From the NCBI GenBank assembly GCA_047967505.1, contig CM106538.1: DNA of 64,000 nucleotides; one strand, written 5' to 3'. This stretch comes from Dipteris shenzhenensis. Taxonomy: Eukaryota. How positions within the stretch are numbered: the first letter of the stretch is position 1; each line of letters starts with the position of its first letter. The notes under the pieces are model-generated. The model had not been told where the DNA came from, searched no databases, and saw nothing but the letters and a program-made list of their open reading frames with translations. Shown one piece after another: positions 36,999 through 50,850 of the stretch. Made by a program: the position numbers and the translations under genes.

Positions 36999-37312
36999 GT
37001 GACTAAGAAAGCCCTTCACCGCCCATCTCCCGTTAGACTCAAGCAGCGCTCTGTTTCAAGAGAGTATCGCGTCAGTGAAATGAGATTTGTACAACACTAG
37101 ATTAGAGAACCCGCCTACTAAACATAAGATATGCTATCCTCCAATAGGGAGTCTCCTTGGAACGGTTGCCATAGGGAAGCTCTAAACATTAGGTGAACAC
37201 AGTTGCGCTATTGTTGAGAGTTAGGTTAACAGATGTGGATTTTCATGTATCATGGTTTCAATGATTGACGCAGTAAGAATATGCAACACTCATAACTCAT
37301 CGAGGAAACTAC

Positions 37313-37436
37313 CTGTGACAGATCGTTCGGCTCCTTCATCTTTCGAGAGAGCCCTCATCTGGTACTGCCGGGTAAAGTAGGGGTATCGAGTAATTGCTCG
37401 GGGGAGACCCACGATTGGAATCTTTTGGCCCAGCAT
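37313..37436 (-). CDS. HDHD3: Putative first coding exon of the HDHD3-like gene (transit-peptide-like)
   Basis: MLGQKIPIVGLPRAITRYPYFTRQYQMRALSKDEGAERSVT+G|GTAGTT; the phase-1 donor joins the phase-1 acceptor at 29767 in frame; Arg-rich, acid-free N-terminus. Confidence 0.65.
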
Positions 37437-37670
37437 TGCAAATGCTGGTGTGGTGCAGGACAACCTTCCGCATATGGTCAGAGAGTACGTACATACGTAC
37501 ATGTGTATCTGTGATGTATCTCTGTGTGCATGTATGTATGTATTCTCACTCAAAAAAAAATGCATGTATGTATGTATGTATGTATATGTGTGTGTATATG
37601 TGTGTATGTATGTATGTATATGTGTGTATATGTATGTTTGTATGTATGTATATGTGTGTGTAGGTATGTA

Positions 37671-37861
37671 TCTCCTTCTTCTATGTTATGCTTCTTCGGG
37701 ATGCCGCTAAGGGAATCCTTTTATGATTGCCTATATTCACAGTAAGATTATACTATCTGCTTGTTCCACATTGAAATTTTCGGATGATCTTGTAATTTCT
37801 GTTTTTCACTTTGGAGACAATCTTTTGTAATATAAAGACACATAGATTTCACTAAAAAAAA
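37671..37861 (+). mobile_element. 5'-truncated L1 3' end
   Basis: Homologous to 51735-51916 (TTTTATGATTGCCT...AGATTA(T/C)ACT); ends GATTTCACT-A8. Confidence 0.8.
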
Positions 37862-37863
37862 GT

Positions 37864-37895
<32 letters not shown>

Positions 37896-38564
37896 CTTTA
37901 TGGCAGTACCTTACCCATATTCATGCCGATTCCAAGACTTGACTTCAATATCGTCTTGAAGATTGCTCACTCGTCCGTTAATGTTGGCTCACATCACGGT
38001 TGCTAAGCTTTATAAGGTCTTCATGCCTTCACCTTGGATTTCAAATAGAGTTGTATGCATCGTGATGCTAGATGGTGGTGACATTAGACATCCAAATTTT
38101 CGCTTCGTCAACAAGTTTTCTTGTGGCGGGTGATGCTTGGTATCATTCCATTTGGTCAACTAGTGGCTCGCAGACATACTGCTCCTCCTATTTGTCACAG
38201 AGGTCAGGCTCCCCACAAATCGTTGGCTCATCTTTTTTGGCAATGCCCTTACACTCGCGACTTTCTTTATTTCTGCAGCAACACCTAAGGGCTCGCTTTC
38301 CTACAACTTCCTTGGGAAAGTTTTTTGGCTGTTTGAAATCCACCCAAAGCAACAAGGCTTTGATCTCTTTTTCACGTGGGTTCATTATTTGGGACTTTGG
38401 AGTCTCTGGAAAGACCATAATCATAGAGTCTTTCGAGATCCCACTTACTCCGGGTGTCATTGAGGCAATCTTTCTTTGATTGTCTGTGTGCTCGTCTAAT
38501 AGATCATACTCGGGGATTGCTCATTGTAATATAAAGCCTAATGGATTTTACCCCCAAAAAAAAA
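37896..38564 (+). mobile_element. 5'-truncated L1 (ORF2 C-terminus plus 3' UTR)
   Basis: LWSLWKDHNHRVF (cf. LWKDKNHRVF near 51690); ends GGATTTTACCCCC-A9. Confidence 0.8.
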
Positions 38565-41500
38565 GAAGCCTGCATATCAATTTTTTTTAAAAAAAGTGTG
38601 TGTGTCTATACACACACACATATGTCTATGTGTGCACACCCACGTGTTTATGTATGTATATATGTATACTCTCTCTCTCTATATATATATATGTTTATTT
38701 ATTTATTGTTATTATTTTTTATTTTTTTATTTTCCCAAAAAAGGGGGGTTTTATATTATGGCAAAGAAAACCGATATCAAATATACAATTGTTCCTTTCA
38801 TATATCTGAGACCATCACTGCATAGAGAAGCTAATTTCTCTCCTTTGGGACACACATGTCAGATCGAAAGATGTCGTTAGTTTGCGTGGAGTGGATCATC
38901 TCTACATGTCTTGGCGATACGATAAGCACATGTTCACACATATATATATATACGTATACATATACATATATTTGTATATGTATATGTATTGAATATGTAT
39001 ATGTGTATACATATACATATACATATATATATGTATATACATATACATATATATACATATATACATATACATATACATATATATACATATACATATATGT
39101 ATATATATGTATATACATATACATGTACATATATATGTATATATATGTACATGTACATATATATGTATATATATGTACATGTATATGTATGTGTACATGT
39201 ATATAGAGAGGGAGGGGGGGGGAACACACACACACATATTCTACATACATACATAGATGGTAAGTGTGTGTGTGTGTGTGCACGTGATCGCACGTGTGTG
39301 TGTGTGTGAGAGAGATTCTCACCAAAAAAAAAAAGTGTGTGTGTGTGTGTGTGAGAGAAGAAGAAGAAGAAGAATGTATTACCGTCCTCTGGGGGCCGAG
39401 AAACCGACCCATGGGACCCATGAAAATCACAATACAAGTGTCTCCCTTCTTTTATGGAAGGGGTAGGAAAACAACTATTCTGAAATACATTGAGTAATAC
39501 AACATTCCCGATATTGAAGAATCTTGGCAATAAAATTGCCCAGAGAGAGACAGTGAGAGAGAGTTTTCTAAGAAAGAGAGGAGCAGTAGGTCAACGCTTC
39601 CACCTTCCTCCTGTTGTGCTGCTGGCCAAGGCAACCCTTTGGGGACACTTAGTTGTTCGTACACCCCTCATTTGAGCTGTTGAGAGGTCATGACTGCTGC
39701 CTAACATCATCCTTCCAATTTATCACTATTCCGCTTCACTTTCCAGGGGAATTTAGGGCCATGGGCAAGTCACCTTCTATCTATGCACATTTTGTCTCTA
39801 TTTGCTCTCTCTTCTCACACGTTGTTTGCAAGGTTTTCATTTTGCCTTTTCTTGTCTGCTGTAGTGACCTGCCTCTAGCTCTATTTTGCATGTTCAGATT
39901 TTGCCTTTGGGTGGTGGGTGTTCATGCCTGTCTACAGTTCGTTTCGGTCTTCCTTTACTTGAGCTTTGCACTCTTACCTCTCGTTTCCTCTCTCTGTCTA
40001 ATCTCGTTTTTTAGGGGGTTTGTTGTTTTCTCCCTTTTTAAAACCCTTTTATTCTCAGTCATTAACTCGATTTTCTATTGCCTCCTTCTATGGCTTCTTT
40101 GCTGGGGGTTTTCGCTTGATTTCCATTGTACATAGCCATAAAATCAGTTCTCCCTCACCATCTATACATACTTTAGCTTTGTAGAGGACTTTTGTTCTGC
40201 TCAAATTTTGCTTTCTGCTTTGCCTACCTTGGCAAGTTATGAATTTTAAAAGACCTTCAACATAGAAATATAGGCTCAAAACAAGAAGCGAAAGCAAGCT
40301 TTGTGTCTACAACTCTCAAGAGGAGTAGTTGTTTTTTTATGTTATGCACAAAAGTTTTGAAGGCACAAGAAAGGATTAGAAAGAGGCTCCTCCCTCTATT
40401 GGAATTATGGTGGAGGTTGATGAAATTGTAGACTCGATATGGTAATATGCCAAGCATGCTATCATCATCTTCTTCCTAGGTCGTATGCCTATTGTAGCCA
40501 ATGTGGACAATCAGTTGACAAAAGCACTTTGGGAGGTTGTTTTATTCGTAAGGTGCATTATGCTAAAGTTATCATGACGGATGAGTAGCATAAACAAATG
40601 CTCTTAAGGCATTCTCGACTCTTTTATGGGCAGCAAATGGTTCATGTTTTGCCTTGGTCACCTAGTTGGGGTTACCATACATTGATTAGAAATCATTGCC
40701 TGGTTTGGGTGGAGGTGGTGGATTTTCCCCAATGCTTGCCTTCACTTTTTCCAAAAATTGCCATATCATTAGGAAAGGTGGTATGTCCACCTCACCCAAA
40801 TGGAAATTCTAATAGGTTTGACATTCTTGGGACACAAATAAGCCCAATCCAAAATCTTACTCTATCACAATTAATAATGTGGCTATGGGAAGTGCCTACT
40901 ATAGGCTGAAATGGGGTCTTTTTACAAGGGCATGCTTTGAGCACAAGAAGTTTGGACATATGGCTTCACCGTGTCTCTTGGTTTTGCATAAAATGCCCCC
41001 ACATGCCATGCCTTCTCCAATATAGAGTAAGGGCCTTTTGGAATAAAAAATAAAGCCAATAAACCTGTAAATGCAACACCAAATAAGAGGAATGCTCAAG
41101 TCTTGAACAATGGGAATGCCTCTCGCTTAGTGCCTTCTATGTCTCAGCCTAAAGAGTGGTTCTTCTAATGGTCATATTCTTGCAAAAAACTCAGGAATTG
41201 GGATTACTTGGGCCGCTGTAACAACCAGCTATAGTTCTTTCCAGAAGAAGAAGTGGCTGGTTTGCTATCCTCCCATCAGGCTGTTGTGACACCTCAAGGA
41301 CAACAAGGCCTAGATCTTGAGGTGGACATGCAGACTTAATATATTTACTTTATCCACTATATATAGCTATATAAAACATCTGTAAACAAATCAAGTGCTT
41401 GACCTTCAATTGTAGGGTTTGTGTGACACTCAGAAATGGAAGCTTGTATGGGCATATGTTAATGACTTGCATCCTGATATGGTGGCTCTATAAGAGCACA

Positions 41501-44500
41501 ATCAGCATATGTATGGATGCAGGACAGGCCATTATGTTGGTTATGATATCTTCTCTGCAGGAGAACATTCTTTTTTAGGTGTTTCTTTTCTTGTCAAGCA
41601 TACTCCTCACCAAATTGTGGCGACTATAAATGATAAAGAAGGCACATGGATCATCATTCAGTGTCTCATCTAGGGTGAAATACTTGAATTTGCATCTATT
41701 TATGCTCCTCAATCTTCTCATCGAAGAGCTTTAATTTGGGAGGATATGAAGTAATATCCTTGGAGGCAGCATATTTTTCTTTGTGGGGACTTTAATAATG
41801 CACCACTTCAAGGGAATAATACCTCGAGTAATACTCACATGTTGGCTTTGGAACGTCACCATTGGTCATGCTTGATCCCTCAACTTGGTCTTGTAGATCT
41901 TTGGACAAAGTTAAAACCCATGCTTTTAGGATATACCTTTCAGCATAATCCTCACTCTGCATATTGGGCCAAGTTGGACCATTGGTACATAATAAATGCA
42001 CAGCAGTATAATGCTCTTACTTGTCAAATGTGGGTAGATTATGCGTTCCCTCATTTGGATCATGCTCCATTATGGTTGAGGTTTTCTTTTCATGAGACAC
42101 CACATGATAGGATGCCAGATAAAAGTCCTCTTATTGTCAATAATAGCTATTTGGAGCATGATGAATATAAGCAAATGGTTAGTTATGCCATTGCACCCCT
42201 TCGGGGAATAGTGCGAGATTGATCTTGGTTATGCTTGGAATGCCTTCGCTTCTGACATGCAGTCTGTTATCCGTGATTATGGGAAGCATAATTTGAATGA
42301 CTTGAGAAAACAGGTTGTAGATGCTAAAGTTAACTATCAAAAGTTGTCAAAATCAGGGATTTGACTCAACCTAAGCATGTCAAGGATTTGACTCAGCCAT
42401 GTGAAGGATCCCTTGACATGGTTGCTTATGTCATGCTAAGCATTTATTATAGAGCAATGACCACGAAAATTGCCAAATGGGAAACCAAGGCCATGCAGAA
42501 AGCTCTTTTGGATAAAGCTTGTTCTTCTAAGCAATTGTTTAAAAGTTTGTATTATAAAAATCACGCTCAAAATGTTTGTTAGGTTTTGACATTGACTTCC
42601 TCATGGGCACAACTTGCCCAAGCATGTGTTGGTCATTTTGCTCGATAGTTTGGAAGTTTGGTGTCCTCTTCACAGGAGGTTTTGTTAGCAAGACAGAAGT
42701 TAGTACAACATGTTTCTCCTATTATTGCTCTTGACCAGGCTCTACTGCTTGAGACACCTTTTATAGAAAGGGAGCTTTTTGATGCTTTGAAGTCACATGG
42801 TAAATGGAGGTCCCAAGGTTGGGATGGTCTTACAGTGGAGTTCTTTTTGGCTTACTAGGATGCCATTAAGCAAGTTTTATTGCAAATGGTTAATAGTGCC
42901 AGGCCAAATTAGCAAATGCTAGATTCCTGGAAGAAAGTGTTGATTCTTTGTGAATCATTTGCTAATTGGAGGCCTATTACACTCATGCCAGTTAGCTATA
43001 CGATGATTGCCAAAATGGCGGTTGATAGAATAAAAGGATTCATGCATGATGGTCTACATCATACCTAATATAGCTTTATTCCTTGCAGTAGACACATCAC
43101 TAATAATATTGCAAATGCCTATGTTGGGATGGAAAATGCAAAGTATACCCAACAAGATGTACTCTTGTTGCAATTGGGCATTGCCAAAGCTTTTGATAAT
43201 GAGCAGTGGGATTTCATCTTGTAGACGATGCAATCTTTCGGGTTTAGGCATTGAATCAACATGTTATCCTACTAGCTCTATAGTGATAGTAAAGCTACAG
43301 TATTTTATCAGGAGATATATCTGATCAGTGGACTTTATATCCTTCAGTGAGACATGGATTCTCTCTTAGTCCTTTGCTTTATGCAATAGTTGATCATTTG
43401 ATACTTTGCTATATTGATCATCTTGTGGCCACAGATGTCCTGCATGGTCTATAGATACACAAAAGAAAGCCCATGATTGCGCAAGCTTATGCTACTGATT
43501 CATTCTTCATTCCCATGAACACACAAACTAGTCTTTCGCAACTCATGAAGGCTTTATCCTTGTAGGGAATAGCTATTGGCTTGTAGTTAAACTTTCAAAA
43601 GCCCAAGCTTCTACCTTTGCATGCTAAGGATTGGCATAGCTCTTTGTGGCTAGGGGAAATTGTTTTTCCCAACCAACTTGTTCGTCATCTTGGCTATCCT
43701 TTGGGATGGACCATCTCTAATCATCAAAAAGTAGATTGGGTACTTGTAAAGCTCAAGAAGAAACTAGAATATTGAAAATTAGCCACTTGGTCTCTTCATG
43801 TTTGACTCTGAATTGTACAATCAATTTTGGTAGCGTACATTTGGTTTTTCTTACCTTTGATGATGTTTGATAAAAAAGACATCTCTTCTTTCATGTCCAC
43901 TCTTATGGAGACTTTTTGGTGCTCAAAGCATGACTGTAAGAGTATCAAATTACTTTCTATAAAGCATTTGTGTTTCCCAAAGATGCACGATGGCTTGAAC
44001 ATATTGAATATTCATATTTTGGCACACAAGGGGAAATTGATGCTGCAATTTTTGCAAGGTGATCAACCTTAGGTTGCTACGATGTCTCATTTACTTCTGC
44101 AGCTGACTAGTCCTGCTTTTGGGCACTGGCATCCTACTCCATGGAACTTCATTTTGGGTTATATTGATGGTACGATTAAAGGTCGTCCTTTTGTTCTAAA
44201 ATGTTCTTGGCCTAGAAGGAGTTTCTCTCTCATCTCAAATGGCATAGTTGTGACTCTCTAGATGGAAATTCCTTGCACATGGAGAACTTGCACTAGCCAA
44301 AGGCATTTGATAGACCCCTTGCTTTGCAAAAACCCACACTCATATTTTATTTTATCCAAAGGAATTACACTTGTTGGTGGTAACGTACTTCATGATGATG
44401 GTACTCTATTGCCTTTTCCTTTGGTGGCCAGACAATATGGATTGGGGATGCATTATCAACCCCTTTGGTACTATCTTTCTAAGATATGCTTTATTCCTTT

Positions 44501-44891
44501 TTTTTGGTACCCAGGTTGGAGCTTATGTATCCCTTATTGATTGGTCCTTCGTCAGGGTTCTTCTACCCTAACTTGCATTAATTCACCCAAAATGTTTTTT
44601 AATTTTAAAAAACCCCCAAAACACAAATTTATTGATTTAAAATGAATCCAATGAAATTTCCTATTTTATTCATACAAATAACTTTTATTTGCACGAGTAG
44701 AGTTATTCGTATGGATGAAAGCTTATTCGTACAAATAATCTTTATATTTGTTAAAAATGATAAGTTTTTTGGTCTTTTTTTTTCGAGCGATACAGCTACC
44801 TCCTTTCCATGTGCCATCCTGACATCCTACCTACTAGTACTCTTGCGCATCACATTCAGGTAATTAAAAAAAAAAATTTGTTTATCCTCAG

Positions 44892-45520
44892 GTGGCACCC
44901 ATCTCTCTCCGAGAGTTGTGGTTGCAATTTGAGTTTTTTATTTAATGGAATTTAGTTTTTTTCCCTTGAATCTGGCACTCATCTGTCTTTGAGAGATGTG
45001 TGTTTCAGTTTTAGTTGTCTATTTAATATATATGCATGTTTAGATAGGTTTAATCTTAGTTTGGCACTCATCTCTCTTTGAGAGTTGTGTGTTGTAGTAG
45101 TCTGAGTTGTATGTTTGTATTTATAATATGTTTGCATGTTTAGATTGGGTTTACTCTTAGTCCGGCATTCATCTCTCTCTTGAGAGTTATGTGATGCACT
45201 CTGAGGTGTATGTTCCTACTACATAATATGTTTGCATGTTTAGACAGGTTTGCAACTTAGTTTGGCACTCATCTCTCTAATGAGAGTTGTGAGATGTAGT
45301 CTGAGCCTTATGTTTAGATATTGTTTTTACCTCAGTCTGTAACTGATCTCTCTAAGAGAGTTGTGTAATGCACTCTCAGTTTTGTGTTTTGGGTTGTTTT
45401 CAGTTCAAGCTAGCACTCAGCTCTCTATTGAGAGTTGTATGATGTAGCTTGCATCTGTACAAATGCTTAGTTTAGCACTTAACTCTCTCTTGAAAGTTGT
45501 ATGATGTAGCCTAAGTTTAG
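44892..45520. repeat. Tandem array, 8 units of 60-100 bp with a conserved hairpin core
   Basis: Core T(G/A)GCACTCATCTCTCT..GAGAGTTGT near 44893, 44973, 45062, 45163, 45263, 45338, 45411 and 45473. Confidence 0.9.
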
Positions 45521-45761
45521 GGTTATTTGCATGTGTTTATCCTAACAATCATAGAAGCGTGATGCAATTTGACATGATATATAGACATTTGCACAAACTT
45601 CTAGTGTAGTATTTGAATCCCTTAGTAGCTGTGCATTGCAGTACTAGTTTATTGTTTGTTGATTGTGTTGGTATACAGGCATTGAATCTGATTTTGAATT
45701 TTGTGTTGTATTTTGCACGATCCTAATGAAATAAAGTGTTATATATATTTCAAGTTCTATC

Positions 45762-46596
45762 ATGAGTGTAGAGGAAGGCATCACACACATGAATGAAGAG
45801 CCCCCCAAGACATGCCAAACGTGCTCATGGGTTTTATGCCTCAAGAGGAAGATTTGGATGAGCAACTAAATCATGCACAGGCATAAGCGATCCTCAATAG
45901 AGAGAGCTTCTTGGAAAGGAATCTCTTGGACAGTTCATGGAACACATTGTTTCTTTGATTCAAAAATGGATGCAATAGGTGCCCATAAGCAAAGCTTGTG
46001 GACCTGAGACACCAAAACCTTGCTTATATTCTACTACATCGCTTTATTGAGGTAGAAGAGAACATGCCCAACAATCATTAGATCCAACATATTGCACCAA
46101 CGTGTTGATTGGATAGATAAACATCATCTATTAGGAATGAGAAAGGGACAACTAGCTGAGCGAAAGAGGGCAAGATTTGAGAACAGAGAGGTAGTGTCAT
46201 AGAGACCTCATGTGCTAACTCCACAGGCACACAGTGATCTGATTGATTTGGCCATAACTGGCCTATCTCTCCATCAACATGGCATCACCTTTGAAGATTT
46301 GCAGGCTCATTACATACCAGGTTAAAGAGATAGAGGCCCTACAAGCAAACATCGAGAGATTGGAAGCTGAGCTCACTACATACAGAGTAGATTTTGGAGA
46401 TATAGACACAAACGAGGCATTTGAATCATTCAATGTTGCTTCATTGATTAACTTAAAGAGTCAAGATGCATCACCTAGCATCCAAGGAACTTTAGATAGC
46501 CAAGATGGAATGCCAAGCACCTTGCAAAGCATGTTCTTTGAGAAACATTGTATTGAAATCTTCAACCATTGTATTAAATTTTTGGTTGTAATGTAA
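45762..46596 (+). pseudogene. Decayed accessory ORF of unknown function inside the hAT element
   Basis: Protein-like frames HHLLGMRKGQLAERKRARFENRE and the heptad-like VKEIEALQANIERLEAELTTYR, within AT-rich non-coding flanks. Confidence 0.5.
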
Positions 46597-46728
46597 ATAT
46601 AGTCTTTCAAATATAGTAGATATCAATGTAAATGTAGTAAATATCATTGTATTTACTTTTTGGTTGCAATATAAATATCATGTTGAATATAGTCTTTCAA
46701 ATAGATGTAATGTGACATTTACTATTTT

Positions 46729-47154
46729 CATGGCATCTTTGAAATCTCAAACTCTCTATGGGAACATGAAAATGCAAAATTATATTTTAGTTTCAAATGC
46801 ATATACTTTGAGTTTTAAATTGTATACTATCTCTACCTGTATGTCTCTTGATCATGCATGATCCAATGAGCAATTATAAATCTCCAACTCATGTAAAATG
46901 GCATGACATAGCCATAGTTAATTAAAATTTGGCATCAACTTGCATGGCATCTTTGAAATCTCAAACTCTCTACAGGAACATGAAAATGCAACATTATATT
47001 TTAGTTTCAAATGTGTATACTTTGAGTTTTAAATTCATATACTATCTCTACCTGTATGTCTCTTGATCATGCATGATCTAATGAGCAATTATAACCTCTA
47101 GCTCGTGTAAAATGGCATGACATAGCCATAGTTAATTAAAATTTGGCATCAACT
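46729..47154. repeat. Two-copy 212-bp tandem duplication
   Basis: CATGGCATCTTTGAAATCTCAAACTCTCTA...TTTGGCATCAACT at 46729-46940 and 46943-47154. Confidence 0.95.
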
Positions 47155-47400
47155 AAGTGAAATAGTACATAGTACACTTGCAAATTTGAGATAACAAAGG
47201 AATTGCAATTCAAGGTACATGGAGTGACAAGATGGATAAGAGCATATGCGCTATTAGTCTCACTGAATATATTCGCACCAACTCCTCATATGCAACAGAA
47301 TTCGATACAAACATTATACTCTTCAGTCAATTGTCATATTCGTATGCATGGTAATGCAAGATATGTACAGAGTTAGGATGGATATGAGCATATGCACTCT

Positions 47401-49592
47401 TTACTTAACATATTCTTGTATCCATTTGCATGCATCAAAACATGAGTGTGAGTATATTCTCATACCCATCACCTCGCATGCGCTGAAATTCTCAAATCCA
47501 TCCCTTTGCATGCATGTAGGAATCACATTATAAATTGCAGTTAGCATATGTATGATATTATCAGTCTCTTCCATGTCACAATTGTCATTGAATAGCTCAA
47601 ACTCATCCTCTTCCTCACTGAAGGTGCCCTCAACAGCAACTTCTGTAGTTGATTGCTCACTGATTCTCAAAGCATTCAATTCACTTTTTGCCCTGGCTGC
47701 AATATTCAACCCTTTCAATAGCCTCGAGTTTCCAAAATAATAAACCAAGTCATTAGATCTTGATGTTTTTCCTTGATTGCATCTCTTTGAATGGATGAAA
47801 TTGTATGCACTTCAGTTTCACTCACATGCAGTAGATGATGTAGCAATAGAGAACACACCTGTGGCAACATGCTGCAACTCTAATATCTCTACACCACATA
47901 CCTTCCACCAAGTAGGTGTAGCAGTGGTCTTGATAGCATCAAGGTGCCAAGGATCTCCAAATGAACCTTCATGGTTCATGTATTTTACTCTTTGCTGGTA
48001 GCTAATCTACCTTCTTCTCCCAAGAGCAATGTTCTACAAACATCTCAAAAGTTATTTATGACTTCTAGATTTTGAGATCGGACATGCATCTGATATTGTG
48101 GATGTAGTCCAAATGCAACTCCATGCAAAGGGCTGTACATCTGCTTCCATCTCTTATCAGCCAATTGTATGAGCTATTACTTCTCCTTGGCTGAGAAGCA
48201 CATGGAATCTTTAACCAACCATCCCCATAACAAAGGAATCTGCATCAACTATCCTTAACAAAACCCCAAATGGCTCTACACCTTGTTTTGTTCTTTCAAC
48301 GTTTCTCCAAACCTGACTATACAAGGTGTCCATTTTTGTTGCCAGGTGGTTCATCCATCGTATGTCTACTGCAACAGTCTCAAGTAAAGCCTACAAGCAC
48401 AAGAAAAGATGTGGCAAATCTAGTCTGACAGAATTGCTATAGCTATTTCATTGAGTGATCTCTAAATATACCATGCAAGTACTGATGTTGTTTTATGAAA
48501 TTAACTAGCATGTTAGCATCTTGTAGCATTGGCTGTACAAATGACAATATTCCAATATATTTCAACAAAAAATTGAGAGTATGAGCACCACATGGCACCC
48601 ATGTCATCGTGGGATATTTTTTCATGATCATCTCACCTACAGTCTTATAATTTGCCATGTTGCTTATTACTAATGCAATAACATTATCGCTACCACTAGT
48701 CTTAGTGATTGCTCTTTCATACACTTTATAAATGTATGGCAATTTTTTTTCTTTTAGAGAAGTATCAATACTCTCTAAAAACATCGTTTCCTTTGTGGTA
48801 ATACACATTACATTTATTAAGGGCTTGGCTTGCTTGTCGTCCACCCATCAAAAGCAACAATACCTCCATATGTTGGAATAAAATCTAGAATCACTTTTTT
48901 AATGCACTTTGCTACAGTTTCTTTTTACTTTGTCGAGATGGAACGCTATCATTTTATCATAATCTGGCAAGACAAATCCTGGTCTTGTGCATGACTTTAA
49001 TGCACTACAAAACGTCTTGTCTCTTATGACTTTGAATGCAATGACATTCTTTATGAACACTGCCATCCATATCAAATGCTCTTTAAGAGCATGTTGCCTT
49101 TGGGAACCATCCTCCATGGATGTTTGTCATGGCTTTTTCCTCTTTTTACCCTAACTCATATCCAAGGCATCATGCTGCACATGTGATCCATGGATGTTTG
49201 TTATGGTTTTTTTCTCTTTTTACTGTGACTCATATTCAGGGCATCATGTTGCATCCTCTGATGCATCTCCCATATTAGAAGGCTCTCCCACTTCCTCATT
49301 TTCATCAACCTTACTGCTCATCACCGCCCGCAAAAACACTTTTGGCACTTCTTATTAAAGTATGATCAGTTGCTCCCTTTATCTTTTCTAGATATGACTT
49401 ACATAAGGGAAATACATAGGATAGAGGACATGTACAAGCTTCAACATATGTGCCAATCCCTAAGAGATGTTGCTTGATGCAAGTAGAGCTTCTAGTAAAC
49501 TTATGCCCACAAGATTTACACTGTAAGTACGAGACTCAGGCATGCACTTTTTATATTTTTGTACAGTATGACTAGATTTTACCATGCACCAT
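47401..49592 (-). pseudogene. hAT transposase pseudogene
   Basis: BED finger CKSC...IKQHL...C; DGW...PLINVM; WVPCGAHTLN; TRFAT; WWKVCG...SSTACE dimerisation domain; many stops. Confidence 0.9.
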
Positions 49593-49849
49593 ACTTAAGA
49601 GTAACAAACCAAAACATACGTTTCAAGGATATTAATAGAAATTATTATGCTTTAATTCATTAACTATTCATAAAGCATACATATTTAAATGCACATGTAA
49701 AAAAGTAATTGGATAAAATATTGTACAACCAATAAAAAAAATAAAAGTATTATTTCAAGAGAGTATAAGAATGTAAATAATAACATATACATTCAAAGTA
49801 TAAGAATATTAGAAAAACACTCAAAGTATATTAAATTCTTTAACATACA

Positions 49850-50850
49850 TCTATTCATTCACATATTGTTGAAAAGATAGGGAATATTCATTCAAAAGTA
49901 AGTGTAAGAATGTTATTACTTCAAATATCTCTATTCATTCACATACTTTTGAAAGAATAGAGAATACTCATTCATCCACATTCAATTGAAAGAATATGTA
50001 TTTATTCTTTCAATTGCAAGTGTCAGATGAGGGCGGGGGGGGGGGAGTTAATTGGGTTTGGGGAAAATGTGTGGCTAGCCACTAGCTATGTTTTTGTAGG
50101 ATAAAAAACTCGCAAGGAAAAAACTTGCAGAGTTCCAAGCCCCGACTGCAAATAGTGCCACATTCATTCACGTATAATTCAAAGAATAAATATATTCTTG
50201 CAAGAGTAAGTGTAAGAATGTAACATTGGCAAATACAAAAATGGAAATTCTGAAGCATTCATTTACATACTATTGGAAGAATAAAAAATATTCATGCAAA
50301 ATTATGTGTAAGAATGTTTACTTAACGTTCATTCACATAAAATTGAAAGAACACATATGTCTTCTTTCAATAATTAAGAGTGCATATTTCAAATAGTTAT
50401 GCATTCATTCACATACAATTACTAGAAGAATACAAAATCTTCATTCAAAAGTAAGTATAAGAATGCACTAAGAACTCAAATGAGATTCTAAGAAGTCTAT
50501 CAAATTAAAAAAATTCAAATGGGGAGGTCCTAAGAACTCTATCAAGTACTATTCAATAATTAGCCTATCTGAGAGATCTTAAGAACTCAAATGAGATCCT
50601 AAGAACTCTACCAATATACAAAAATAAACTATTCACACTGGAGATATTTGAATCTCTAATGAGATTCATAGAACTCACACAAACTTGACACACAAACAAG
50701 AACAAAAATCACATCACACAAGAGATCTAAGAGTCTATAGAGACACTTAGAACTCACACAGACAATAAACAAATTCCATCACATTTCACAAAAGAGATCT
50801 AAGAGTCTATAGAGACCCTTAGAACTCACACAAATGATAAACTGATTCCA
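49850..50850. repeat. Degenerate tandem arrays upstream of the transposase
   Basis: ATTCATTCACATA...GAAAGAAT units (49850-50460), then AAGAACTC / AGAGATCTAAGAGTCTATAGAGAC units (50470-50850). Confidence 0.8.

Larger units (their letters stand above)
37485..39375. repeat. Compound microsatellite field (TATG, TG, TA, TATACA, GAA) with embedded LINE 3' fragments
   Basis: Directly visible simple repeats. Confidence 0.95.

Noticed and set aside
37394-39530. Cys/Tyr/Val/His-rich ORFs (also 51821-52326)
   Set aside because: These are translations of microsatellites.
44892-45520. CRISPR-like repeat-spacer array
   Set aside because: Linkers are homologous to each other and variable in length, no cas genes are present, and the context is a eukaryotic transposon.
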